DNA from: Trichosphaerium sp. ATCC 40318
Lineage: Eukaryota > Protista > Tubulinea
Assembly: GCA_038496445.1 (NCBI GenBank)
Contig: JALMLS010000512.1
Span: 1 to 43,351 of the forward strand
Length of the DNA: 43,351 nt
Direction of reading: 5' to 3'
In this document: positions 13,592 to 25,900 of the stretch, piece by piece
Numbering within the stretch: the stretch's first letter is position 1
How the letters are laid out: every line of letters starts with the position of its first letter
Made by a program: the position numbers and the translations under genes
Notes under the pieces: generated by a model
Seen by the model: the letters and a program-made list of their open reading frames with translations, nothing else
Told to the model about the DNA's origin: nothing
The model's database searches: none

Positions 13592-14318
13592 ACAACCTGT
13601 AACTCTACAATTATAAACAATAAAGCACGTGACAATGTCCGTTGAGTAATTACGGGTCTCACTCATTATCCACAACATACTTGAAAATACATCCATCTTG
13701 ACTTGATGTAAGAGTTGGGTTACAAGGTCTAGTGCACAGTGTATTCTGTAATATCAGTCTCATTGAGGTGGGCTGCCATCGAACTTGGCTCAAGGCTTTG
13801 ATGTGAAGATTCAGCTTTGGCTGCCATTGGACTTGGCCTCCAGGAGCTTTACTGCACTGCAAAGCTTCTAAGAGCCCTCAACTGCTATCTTCGGGTTCTA
13901 CAACTGATGATTAAGGTAGTTGCGTTGTTTTTTTTTTGCACTATCTATGCAGAAGTACTTTTGACATATTCCACGCTAGTGACTATAGTCGCTCATGTTT
14001 TTTAAGTTACAGCTGTAGCTGTGCAAGATGAGCATTCCTTAAGAGTACATCAAAGTTGCCGAAAACTCTCCTTGCCGTTAGGTCTACTTCCAAGTGTTTG
14101 CTGTCTCCTACCACGTCCTTTTTGTACTTTGGTATAGTTTTCTTTGAAAGTAATTTGCACATGTTTACAACGCTTGTAAGCGTACGATCTAATTTATCCA
14201 AATACATGCCATGCTACGTAATTACTATATACAGCATATGACTTATTTTAGTGAGCGCTAGATAAGTTGCCCACGTGTTAGAGTATCTGAAACCTGTACA
14301 CACAAAGGATAAGAAATC

Positions 14319-15260
14319 ATGATGAGTGCTTTGAAATCAAAGTATTGTCACCTGTTGAACCTTCCGCTTGAGCTACAACTTGATATAGTTGATTTAGACT
14401 TTGCAGTTTATGTACAATGGCCTCTTCTATCAAAATACACGGCAACAACCACAAGGTTTGACGATGAACTAAAAAAACATGGAAAGTGGATAAAAAACAA
14501 AATTTTGTATTACTACGACAGTGAGCGAAATAAGTACTCTATCCACTACAATCGTAAGGTAAAATGGCAAAAAATTACAAGCGCCAATCTAGTGATAGCA
14601 TCAATGACCTCAACTTAAGGCCATAAACGCAGCTGCGAAATAATATTGCCTTTTTGACTTCCTGTGTTCACGTGATCTTTATTTCTTGTGACTAAAATAC
14701 GTTAGGCTGAGTGTAGTTTCAAACATGATGTGCTTCATGGGGAATACAAAGAGTGGAATCAATTTAATGATCATTTACAGCAGCATTGTTACTACATAGA
14801 TGGTTTTCTTGAAGGAGAATACAAGTGTTTTTATGATAATGGCAAAATAACCATGCACAGTTATTACATCAAAGGCAAACAAGAAGGAGAGTTCAAAGGG
14901 TGGCATGATAATGGACAGCTGCGCATGGAATACTGTCGTGTTGATGGGGAGCTGGAAGGAGAGTATAAAGCATGGCACAGAAATGGCCAATTAGCAGCAA
15001 AATACAGCTGTATTAAAAGTAAACCGCATGGAGAGCACAAGATATGGTACAGTGACGGTCAAATTAGATGTGTAATTATGAACAGGTATGGCACATGTGA
15101 ATGGAGCAAACAGTGGGATATTAACGGTCAATTAATTGCAGAATATCATCGCACAATACTTATGGATTGTTGGTGTTATTTTGTTTGCATTGTAATGCTA
15201 GCAGTTGGTTTTTTGATTATTTATGTAATTAGCACTATCTTGTGCTTGTTCTTAATTTGA
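14319..15260 (+). CDS. F-box-like N-terminus, MORN-variant repeats and C-terminal transmembrane anchor
   Basis: LLNLPLELQLDIV (F-box-like); probable intron ~14559-14705; ~5-6 repeats of the type LEGEYKxWxxNGQL; hydrophobic tail YFVCIVMLAVGFLIIYVISTILCLFLI. Confidence 0.75.
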
Positions 15261-15307
15261 TGTTCATTTTTGTTTTGAATCTACATTGTATTTTCCATGT
15301 TTCCAGC

Positions 15308-16161
15308 CTATCCCCTTACATAGTCAATTGCATTACAATGTTCCAGAAGGTATATTTTCAATCTAAAAATGATTGTAAGATTGACACAGTGTTCGCTAAT
15401 AAGTATGCTGGTTGTGGCAACCGTCCAGGAGACGCTTTGCCCTTCGGATGAATGGGTGAGTAGACAGGTTCGGACTACCCAAACTAAGTGATCGCTTGTT
15501 GAAAATTTCAACCGTATAACTCAAGAGATCTATGCTTATTTGTTATGAAGGTTTTAGTGGCGTTTACACGTTCTTGGATATCAAATGCGACAACGAAATA
15601 TTTAATCTCTGACAGAGTGTTTCGCTTTAATAAGACTTCTAATAATTTGCCAACACTTTCAGATTGCTATATTGGTGCCTTCCATGATCCAGTCCGCATC
15701 TTCAACATACATTATTTATCACTAGGCCTTTTACCTGTTAATACTTGTATAACTAGGGAAGTATTGATAACGTTGGATTTGGTTGCATAATGGAAGTGTT
15801 TGATGACAGCTTTTGTGATGGAGATATTGTTGTTGTTCAAAAAGATTTGGTTGTAATAGACACACGTGTCCTTGAAGATAAGCTGGTAGTTAGAGGTACA
15901 CAGAGGTATAATTTTAGCAACACTAACAGTGTTGTATTTCAGGTGATTTTACCTTGGGATCAGGAGGAGCTTATATTCAGTGAGAATACAACAATAACTG
16001 TTGATTGTGACTTTAGAAGGCGAGATTGTATTAAATTTTGTTACCTCTTCCAAGGTATCGCTCATCAGGTGGAAAGAAAATTGTGAAGCTCCGAAGTTAG
16101 ATTCATTCAGCATTCGAAACACCAACGGTTGCTCTGTTGAGGCATCCATATCGATTGGCAA
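15308..16161 (-). CDS. Hypothetical multi-exon protein or decayed gene
   Basis: Several coding-like segments bounded by plausible GT-AG sites (e.g. LIFKDTCVYYNQIFLNNNNISITKAVIKHFHYATKSNVINTSLVIQVLT). No recognisable domain; frame continuity not established. Confidence 0.3.
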
Positions 16162-16470
16162 AAAAAGCGAGTAACAGTCAACGGCTCAAAGTTTGCGCAA
16201 AACAACTTTGTACCTGGTGGTCTATTTTTAAAGGGACATTACTGTATCTTCAAGGTTTATTACAGGTAACCAAAAACGCATTTTGAACTGATTTACAAAC
16301 GCATTAAGCACTTTTTGTAAGTACCACGTGTATATTCTTATTGTCATGTCATCTTGCTTAGCTGATGGAAAATATTATAAATTTTTATTTTGCGGCTTAG
16401 CTCGCACTTAGCGATAAGAGTAATCACGTGCACAATAAAATTTTTACTCGCTAAAAAGCATCTTTATTCT

Positions 16471-17777
16471 TTAACATTTGCACTTGCTTTCCTCTTCTTG
16501 TTGAGCTACAGGACTTGATGATTTTCTTTCTTCTAAAACTATATGATCTTCTTCAGAATCTGATTCTTCCTCACTCTTTTTCTCTGGGACTTCTTTTACT
16601 TTCTTTACTACTGCTTTAACTAAGTATTCTGCAGATTCTGTAATATTGATATCATCCTTTGCGGATGTCTCAAACCATGTGAGAAATCCATGTTCTTGAC
16701 AATAACGTTCCATTTCAGAGTTACTTTTAGTGAAAGCGCTTTTTTCTTTCAAGTCAATCTAAACAGTTTGTCAGTGTTTCTCCGTACAGAGCTACACGTG
16801 ATGTTTCGCATTTAATAAAAGAAAAATATGGTTTAATGTACCTTGTTTAATAGAAGTATGGTAGGAATAGGATCTTCAGTACCAGGGAAGAACACTTTGA
16901 CTTTTAAATCTTCAAGCCATTTTGATGCTGCTTCGAAAGTTGAAAATCTTGTAACGTCACATACTACCATAGCACCCAATGAATTCTTATAGTACACCTA
17001 CAAATATCAAATAATTAATTCAACATAAATCTAGCCAAAACAAACTGTAGGGCGCGAAGCAAGTCGTGAAGAAAATTAACTTTTTTATTGTAAAATCAAA
17101 AAAGCTCCTGGCCAACATACCCTTGTCATATGTCCAAATCGCTCCTGTCCTGCAATATTCTTTTGTTAATACGTACTCACTTCCATTATAAAACGATAAA
17201 AAACGAACCTGCAATATCCTAAGAATAACATTAAAATAAAAAATCACGTGACTTTTAAAAAAAATTAAATTGTACCCATAGTTGAAGCCTCACGGTGGTG
17301 CCATCGACAATGACAGGTTTCCAAGCAAAGTCAACGCCGATCTAAAAGAGCGTCAGCCGAAGAAAAAAATGAAAAAAAAAGAGTTCATTTTTGATGTTAC
17401 TAGCAAATTTCGAAGTGATTAGAATGCACCACACGTTGTATTTCTATATCTTTCTACGTTTAAAAGTGCTTTTGACGTTTTTTAACAGTTTAAAGTGACA
17501 AAACGGAAAAATCTGTTAGATTGTACTTACAGTAGCCTTGTAGCTGTGGGAGAAAATGCCATGCGCGAAGCGACTGATAATTGAAGTTTTACCCGTGGCT
17601 ACATCACCTACGTTTCACCGTTAGTGTCTTTGTGTTGTAAGCAGACAAGTTGTAAAAGCGCGAACCGACAACGAGCACTTTTGCCAATAAATCCTGTTTG
17701 TTGTTTTCTGCCGATATTGAGTCTTCTGATGATTCTGACTACTCATAACATTAGTTGTGGAGCACAATACTACTCAT
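16471..17777 (-). CDS. Rab GTPase of the Rab32/38/29 family, multi-exon
   Basis: [42 protein letters not shown]...LQLW-DIAG-QERFGHMTR-VYYK...WFETSAKDDINI. WDIAGQE (Ile) and FETSAK are typical of Rab32/38. C-terminal CKC prenylation motif. Start exon inferred. Confidence 0.88.
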
Positions 17778-18479
17778 TCTACAACAATTGGCATAAAACA
17801 GCGCTCAATAATTCTTTATGAGTATCCGGAGCGTGTATACATACATAAAAAGAGAATAACAACAGAGTTTAGGTTTGTTTGGAAATTTTCGCGTAGTTGA
17901 CGTCTACACGTGATCATCTACGTACCATTTTCAAATTAGGGTGAGATACGCGGTGTAACTTCTTGAGCTCGTCTGGTCTACGTAAGCCTGGTTTTCTGTA
18001 AGTCATAGGAACCATTGATGCATAAGGTGTCATACTTATTCAAGGAGAAAAAAAAATAGGCTGCCAGGAGCGCAAAAATGGGCGTTAAGTGTACCAATCT
18101 AGTCTTGGGAACGTAATAAATACAATTTTGGAACCTTTCAGATTTTCTTCACAGGCTCAACCTGAAACGCTCTTTTGAGGGCCTTGAACGCCAGACTTAG
18201 TTTCTCAGGATGGATTACGAGCAAATTAACCTCGCTCTAGAATGCAAGCTACCTCAAGCATGTATCTGTGAAATACTTCACATAAAGCTAATCTAGTTAA
18301 ATCCCAAGAGTTTCATTCAATTTTCAAAACCTTTTCACTTGTACTCATTACAGGACGCTTGCGGCTTCAATGGCACTAATTTGTATATACAACCGTTGTA
18401 CTGAGAGTGCTTTAACATGTTTATTTCAACAATTGAAGGCCGCAGTAACAAATATTAAAAAATAGCTTACTGTGTTGTT

Positions 18480-20027
18480 TATCACTCTTTGTCGCTCCCT
18501 TTGAAAGTGAAGAATACTTCGCATTCTCATTTTTTTCCCTAATTAGATGCAGCATTTTTTGTCTTGTTAGTGTAGTTACTCAGAGGATATTGTTGAGCAA
18601 TAAATCCTAATTCAGTACTTTAAGGTATATCATTGTGTTCAAACATGTACCCTGTAGATATTTGCACGTTCTTCAAAAAACACGTTTGTCGGATGATAGT
18701 ACCATGCTTCCCCTCCACAGCTTATAAAAAGATATTCTCCAACCCATGACATTTTGCATTGCCTCATTAAACGTTTTTGCTCTGATGAAAATCTCTTCAA
18801 ACACAAACTAAGATTAAGACGAATGAATGCCTTATTCATGTGTTTATACACATAGAGATTATCGTCATCTACAACCAATATAAAGAATACATCGCTGTCT
18901 GTTTTATCACTCTTTGCCATGGCATGTATTGATCCTTTGAGAGTGGAGAAAGAACATTTCATGTTCTCATTATTTTCTCCCAATTTAAGCAATGTTTCAT
19001 CCTTTGGTTTAAACCCATAACTACCTTTGTAATACTTACAAGAAGCAATGATATTACAACCATGACGTATAGTTTTAATGACTTTGAGTGTGTCAAAATT
19101 ATAAAATTGTAAATCTCTTGAATTTGACGATACTAACACAGTCTCATCTGTATCCCAAAAAAACAGTTGTGAAGCATAAGCCTCTAAGGTTTAGACTTAG
19201 TCAAGTGCAAATATCATAAGAAAACCTTGGTTTAATGGAAAATTTATCAGTGTCATAGTTATAGATAAAAGAGGGTGGGTACAGAAAAAATCAACAAAAA
19301 AAAAGTTATTCTAACAAAAACGTAGTAGTTGACTTCAGACTTTGACATTATATGAACATGTAAAGTTTTAGTAGAAAAGTAAGTAATTGCGTACTTGGCG
19401 TTATAAAGAATACACAATCTTCTCCTCTTGATTGTTTTAAGAGTCCAGGAGAATAGTAATGATTAAGTAAAAATATAAAAGTATCATTTTTTTCTGAATA
19501 AACCATACTGACCACTCTATTATCGCTCACTGGGAAGTTCTTATCTATACACAGTTCACCAGAATCAACGTTCAATATATAAGGTCCTTTACCATTAGTT
19601 ATAACATAAACCTAATAGCAAGAGTAAGCGGTAGTCAATAGCGAGTTTAACATTGAAAAAATTTGAAAAGTCTTGTAACCTTTCCGGAAGGTCCTGCACA
19701 AGCGTAAGTGATCTTTTTTGTTAGTATCTTTGGTACAAACGTTGTAGGGCATATCCAGTTCGTTTTTCTTTTAGTAAAAGCCTGAATCGGGCATTTCCTG
19801 ATTACTACAACTTCATGCTTCTTAAAAGCCTAAAGAACATTAAAATACAGTATGTACAATACCAGCGGTTTCAAATGTACCTCACCAAAAGGTGTTGGTT
19901 GTGATAAATAAAAAAACCTCTTGTTTACTCTGCGAAACGTCTTGAATCCATCGTAGCATAGTTTCAGTGCGATAGTATACCAAAGTTCGTTAGGTAATGT
20001 CTTACATTGTGACATTCTCGAGACCAT
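18480..20027 (-). CDS. F-box protein with a beta-strand-rich (propeller-like) C-terminal region, multi-exon
   Basis: TLPNELWYTIALKLCYDGFKTFRRVNKRFFYL is an F-box. Downstream exons (19348-19575, 18639-19139) are beta-rich. The 3' end is approximate. Confidence 0.65.
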
Positions 20028-20192
20028 TTAAGTCAAGCAGGCCGAAGATTAAGGGCACTTAAACCTAATGATAAAAAAACCCCAAAATTTCATTTATTTT
20101 CAGTGCAAACGTGTTCTAAACTAGGCTCTTTCTTTTTGGTTTCAAGATTTCTAATCACACCAAATCCAATTATTTCTTAGCTTATTCATCTG

Positions 20193-20978
20193 TTACAAAA
20201 TTGCAGTGTGATTTGGCCCCAGTGCTTTAAGACCTTCATCTGTTACTGAAGTAAAAACAAGCTGCATATTGTGAACTCCAATAAGCGCTTTAATGCCTTC
20301 ATCTGATACTGAAGTGTGAGAAAGGCTAATGGTATGAACACCAGCAAGCGCTTTAACACCTTCATCTGTTACTGAAGTGTGAGAAAGGCTAATGGTATGA
20401 ACACCAGCAAGTGCTTTTACACCTTCATCAGTTAGATTGTTACATAAAGAAAGGTCAATTGTATGAACGCCGGCAAGCGCTTTAACACCTTCATCCGTCA
20501 CTGAAGTTCTAGAAAGGTTTATAGAATGCACTCCGGCTAGTGCTTTTACACCTTCATCTGTTACATTACAGCGTTTCAAATTTATAGTGTGTACACCTGC
20601 CAATGCTTTCAATCCTTCATTTGATACTTTTGTGGTTGATACATTTATAGTGTGTACGCCAGCAAACTTTTTGATAACATTGTCATCAAAACAACCACCG
20701 CAAAGTACGATATAAGTATGTCTGAGAATGCCTTGATGTTGTAGAACTGATTTCGCTTGCATTACAGTTCTAACAGTGATAGTGTCGTAGCCAATAACAT
20801 CATGGATGATAGATGCAAGCAAATGGCAGGTCTGGGAAGCGGTAAATCGTGATTTGGTGGTTTGGCGTAGTATATGCGCTAATATCTCTGTGGGCAGTTG
20901 TAGTAAACAAGCACAGGCAGTTTCGTTGATTGTAACGTGTCCTGAGGGGAAAGCACAGTATTTTGTCTTTGTAGTCAT
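20193..20978 (-). CDS. Intronless F-box plus leucine-rich-repeat protein (261 aa)
   Basis: LLQLPTEILAHIL F-box followed by ~7 near-identical 21-22 aa LRRs (GVHTIxLSxTSVTDEGVKALA). Confidence 0.9.
   Translation of the reverse strand: MTTKTKYCAFPSGHVTINETACACLLQLPTEILAHILRQTTKSRFTASQTCHLLASIIHDVIGYDTITVRTVMQAKSVLQHQGILRHTYIVLCGGCFDDNVIKKFAGVHTINVSTTKVSNEGLKALAGVHTINLKRCNVTDEGVKALAGVHSINLSRTSVTDEGVKALAGVHTIDLSLCNNLTDEGVKALAGVHTISLSHTSVTDEGVKALAGVHTISLSHTSVSDEGIKALIGVHNMQLVFTSVTDEGLKALGPNHTAIL
20220..20680 (-). repeat. 63-66 bp tandem repeat encoding the LRR units
   Basis: The recurring unit ccttcatc...gtgtgagaaaggctaatggtatgaacaccagcaagcgcttta is visible at DNA level. Confidence 0.85.
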
Positions 20979-22951
20979 TGTATATTAGCACCTGTTTACG
21001 GCACGTGTTTCTGTTAGGTTGAATGAAGTTTAGTGACTGTCGTTTTAACAATGCTATTTTCCGTGAATGTCTTTCTATGCGTGAGGGTTTGCTACACTAT
21101 TCTCAAACCCTTTAAGAATTTTGTGTATTCGAAGAAGTCTCGTGACCAACAACGTGGTTTGCTTTAACTCCAAAAAAAAACGTTCCTTGGTGCTTGTGCA
21201 CCTTCAGTTTTTTTAGTCAATCATGACTCTATTCAATTTCGAAAAGTAGTACCAACCCGCTGACAAATCTCTTACTTCATGGTGCTTAGGTAATGTCCAT
21301 ATCGTTTCAAAGACAACTTGTGGTTTTCGGCGATAATTTTGACTATTTTGGCAAGTGATTTCCTATTACCCATACTAGAAAAAAACTTATAGTGGTCTAA
21401 TCCTAGCTTATGTACATGATACTGCCTTTGACGAGAATTCTAACAGAAAATTGTTATGATGGTATGATAACGTGAACCAGTACCATACAAAATTCTTCTG
21501 GTAGCAAGTTCTAGCATGACTACAGATAGATTGCAAGTATGCCCCCTTTACCTTACTTAGATGTCAAGTGAAATACCTAGATACCAATCCTTCTATTTCT
21601 GCGCTAGGCGGTGCTGTAGACATATTAAGCACTCGAAGTTCAAAGAAGGGATAAGTAACTGGACGCAGAAAGCTGAAAACAAATATTCTCATAATTTTCT
21701 GACCATCTTTTTGATATTGCCTGGCTTCTAATACCTCAGCGATTAAAATATAGTTTCTTCTGTCATATTTAAAATTGCTGTGGTTGTCAGATTACTGATG
21801 CCATTACTCTCTGGGATTGAAGAAAATGAAAATGACATGTTGATTAAACTGGGACATTTTTATTTGGGCAAAGAGCTAACTTTTGTACCCTATGCCCACA
21901 GATAACTACAAAAGCTAACAGAAAAGTTTGCACAAGAGCATAAAATTATGAGTTTTCTTACGGGCGATTTGGTCGGCAACTTCTCTAAAACACCTGGTAC
22001 GTACCATTTCTTAGTGCAACAAAATGGTTTAAGTAATTATACGCGCCTAGAAAACTCATAAACTTTTATGCTTTTGTGTCCAAAAAATGTCTGTTTTAAA
22101 ATGAAGCCCGACATGTTTTTGATTTTACGTGGGTGACTCTGAAACGCTTTATGTATTGATAGGATGATAAGAAAGTTTAAAGTTTTTCGCTTTCCTTGAG
22201 CGTGATTTGTGACATTTACGCCGTTGCGTGTGTTTCGTGATCTCATGGTGCCACTTAGAGCCGTAATGCAATTTTTTACAGTACTACATCCTAAAAACGA
22301 TCTTGAATGGGTGGAACAGTGCCAACACGCTGAGTGAACAAATATACATAAATCTTGTCTAGTAAGAATACTCTTGAAGATTGCAGTGCGTGGGTACTTC
22401 AACACTCTACCACCTTCTGGTTTAGCTGTTTGGAGAACTTTGTCCCATACTGGTGAATTTAGAAGTAATCAAAGAACTTGATGGTGTACTTAGACTGTTT
22501 GTTGATACTCGGGATATATAAACGCCCTATACTCGGTGTTGGTGTGAAAAAGTCTCCATGTATCTCAACTGGTAGGAAAGCAGTTTCAAGTATTGCTAAG
22601 TACAAAGATACATAAAATAAAGGGCTGTGAGTCTTCGCCACCATTGTACAAAATAGTGCGTTACAAATAAATAAGGAATGTAGAACGCCAAAAGCAAAGT
22701 ACTGTAGCATAATATGGTTCGCTAGGCAGTTGTGAAGAAACGGCTTGTGCTTTGTGTACACAATAATGGCGCGACAATACAACTCAGGCATGTTTTATCC
22801 CTGCTGAATGAACTGTTCCTTCAAAACCATACTGTGTACAATCACTGAACAGTTATCTAGAGTGTTGTACCAGACCCAAAACAAATCAATGAAACTAAAA
22901 GTAATATGAAAAGTATTTTATCTAATATCTCACGTGTTACAACACCGCTTG

Positions 22952-25900
22952 ATGTCTGAACAAAAACAAAGTACAGAAGAAACACTATCGTTCGAAAGTT
23001 AGTAACAATAAATAGAAATATGAACCCTATGCATTTTTAACAGTTCCAAATGTAGACGAATTGGCGATACTGAGCATAATATACGAAAGTATTAAAACAG
23101 GTGCACTTAATCTTAACATTGCTTAAGATGTTTGACAATCTGTAGTAAAGGACCTAAATAGCAGTTTATGTGAAGAAGAGTCAGCTGACACAATACTATT
23201 GCATGCAGGTATGTATCGAACCACAGGTGAATATCAACTGGATTTTAGCACAGAATGGTCTGGCTTTTATTACAACAATGTGTATACATAAGGGTGCGAG
23301 CCTTGAATATGCAAACAGTGATGGTTGGACACCTCTATATTGTGCAGGTAGCTTATTGTCAGAGTATTCTTTTGTAATTTTTATTTCTAGCACGTTATGG
23401 CCATAGTAAAGTTGTCAAAATACTACTTAGTTCAAAAGCAAATATTGAAGCAAAAGATTATTTTGGATCTACAGTTCTCCATCGTGCAGGTACCTTATCA
23501 TTGTCATTATTCAATTATTGTAACTTGTACCTATAGCGCGTCATGGACAGACCGAAGTTGTTACAATATTACTTGGCGCAGGTGCTGATATTAAAAAAAA
23601 AGATAAGTATGGATGGACAGCTCTCCATCGTGCAGGTAGCTTATTTTTGTTGTCGCTACACCTTTGATGGTAATTTGTGTTTATAGCACGTGGTGGATAC
23701 TGTCAAGTTGTTGAAATATTACTTCGTTCAGGTGCTGATATTAAAGCAAAAGATAATTTTCGATTTACAGCTCTCCATCGAGCAGGTAGCTTATTTTTGT
23801 CTTCACACGCTTGCTTAAAACTTTAACTAGCACGTAATGGACACACTAAAGTTGTTGAAATATTGCTTGAATCAAACGCAGATATTGAAGCAAAAAACAA
23901 ATTTAGAGTGGCACCTCTTCATGTTGCAGGTCGCTAATATTGGTGTTACGTATTTGTTTTTACTGCCTACTAGCACATCATGGACAGAGTAAAGTTGTTA
24001 AAATACTACTTGGGTCAAATGTAGATATTGAACCAAAAGACAAAGAAGGAAGGACACCTCTTCATCGTGCAGGTACATTTTGGTATCTTGTTATTACACT
24101 TGTTTTAACTTTTACTCTAGCTAATCAAGGACATAGTAGAGTTGTTGAATTATTACTTGGAGCAAATGCTGATGTAGAAGTAAAGTCTAACAATGGATGG
24201 ACAGTTCTCTATCGCGCAGGTGCCTTACTGTCGTCATTGTACACTTTGTAACTTTTACCTCTAGCGCATCAAGGTCACAATAAAGTTGTTGAAATTTTAC
24301 TTGGTTCAAATGCAGATACTGAAGCTAAAGACAAAGATGGATGGACGGCTCTCCAGTGCGCAGGTACTGTATTGTGTCTATACAATTACTATAACGTTCT
24401 TTAGCATATTATGGACATAATTCTGTAGTTGTTACTTTATTGAAATGTTGTAAAGACATTTCATTGTTTACAGCCATATGGCAAAAGATAGTTGATAAGA
24501 TACTACTGCGTGTTATTGCTAATGATTCTTCATTTGTTGCTGTATTTGAAACTGTGTTGACATTATTCCCAGATGGTAAGCCTTCTATTACGCTATGGTT
24601 AAAATACGCAACAATGAACCAAACACCACAATGGAGACTCAATCTTGCAAAATGGTTGCAACACTTGGTATGTCCTTTCTTTTTCACAAAGCTTGTAAAC
24701 TAATTGTTATCACAACAGCCAACACGATCTTATTTTAAACTTGCATTACAAAAAGGGATTTGTTATTTAATCTGTACATATGATCGCATAGTTGTACAAT
24801 CTTCAGTACGACCACTGTTCATTTTGTGACATTCAAATAACAAGTTGTTTTTTAAAGAGTTTTTGGATTCAGCATGGAGAAGTCATGGAAGGCATACTAT
24901 ATGACTTACCTGAGCGCATGTGGATCAATACAAAACAAAAAAGCTGTATTGAGATATGTAAAAAAGAAGGATGGTGCACAAACTCCCTTAGAGTAGCTAC
25001 GCAAGATGGTACATTAGCTACAATGCAATTTCTTTAACTTCCTGTATAGTTTGGAAGTGCTACAACTGTAAATTGTATTTGTGTCGGTATTGTGTTGGTA
25101 AACATACTCCAAACCATGTAATATCTTTACTAATGTTGGTTATTAACTTGGCATAGATGTTAAAAAAACTGTCCGATACTGTTTATGTGTGTCAGTGCCA
25201 AGATTGTAAACATGGCATTAATCCTACCTCTGTAAATCTTGCACTTGGTTTCTCACGTGCAGGTACACGTTTTTGACAGTGATAAACTAACATGCTGAAA
25301 CCAAGGATTAACAAGCGAAACCTTGTGGGACTTAAACCCAAGATTACAACATGGTCATCACTGGGATAGATCTAACATCAAGTCAGTATTCTTCTACTGA
25401 TAGTTTGTCTAACTTTATTCAAAGGGGAACTGTTGAAAGAGCAACACATTATAGAACGTTGAATCTGTTCGATGACAACACTGTGGCTAAGAGAGAACTT
25501 GAGTTTCTTCATCAACAACTATCAAAAATGCCTGGATATGATAGAGTAACTGTTGTAGAAGCACTTCTTGTATGTAATGATGTCTTGACTCGTAACTTTG
25601 GAATGTACAATACAATAGTGAAACACAGACATCAGTACGTTTAACAAATAATATTAGCTAAACGCCACGAGACCTTACACTTATTTAGAGAGCTCCCCAA
25701 GCTATTTTGTAAAGATGAATGGAAACAAGACAGTCATAAGAGAGCAGTAGCTGCGAGGTTTGAAGCTGTAATCAACGACAACAGCTCCACTTTAGAACAG
25801 GTAATGTCATTCAACATTAATCATCTTACACGTTTTCAGTCACCAGTTTTATTGATGGTTCATGGTACATCTCCTGAAGCTGCTTTGAGTATTGTAAAAG

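Noticed and set aside
13659-14241. Short ORFs between the Galpha-BTB and MORN genes
   Set aside because: Interrupted by stops, with no consistent splice model or recognisable domain.
17850-18420. Slightly GC-richer intergenic stretch examined for tRNA or ncRNA
   Set aside because: No cloverleaf, T-loop or snoRNA box pattern found by eye.
14319-20978. An integrated giant-virus genome segment
   Set aside because: No viral hallmark genes, and intron-rich host genes are interleaved; only individual gene resemblance is reported.
23249-24363. Periodic ~145 bp repeat-spacer pattern suggesting a CRISPR array
   Set aside because: The repeats are 99-nt ankyrin-coding exons and the spacers are GT-AG introns; the context is eukaryotic with no cas genes.
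24409-24687. Antisense ORFs repeated in the paralogues (also 29253-29696, 39702-39941, 26350-26589, 37628-37891)
   Set aside because: They are shadows of conserved exons on the opposite strand with no independent coding signal.
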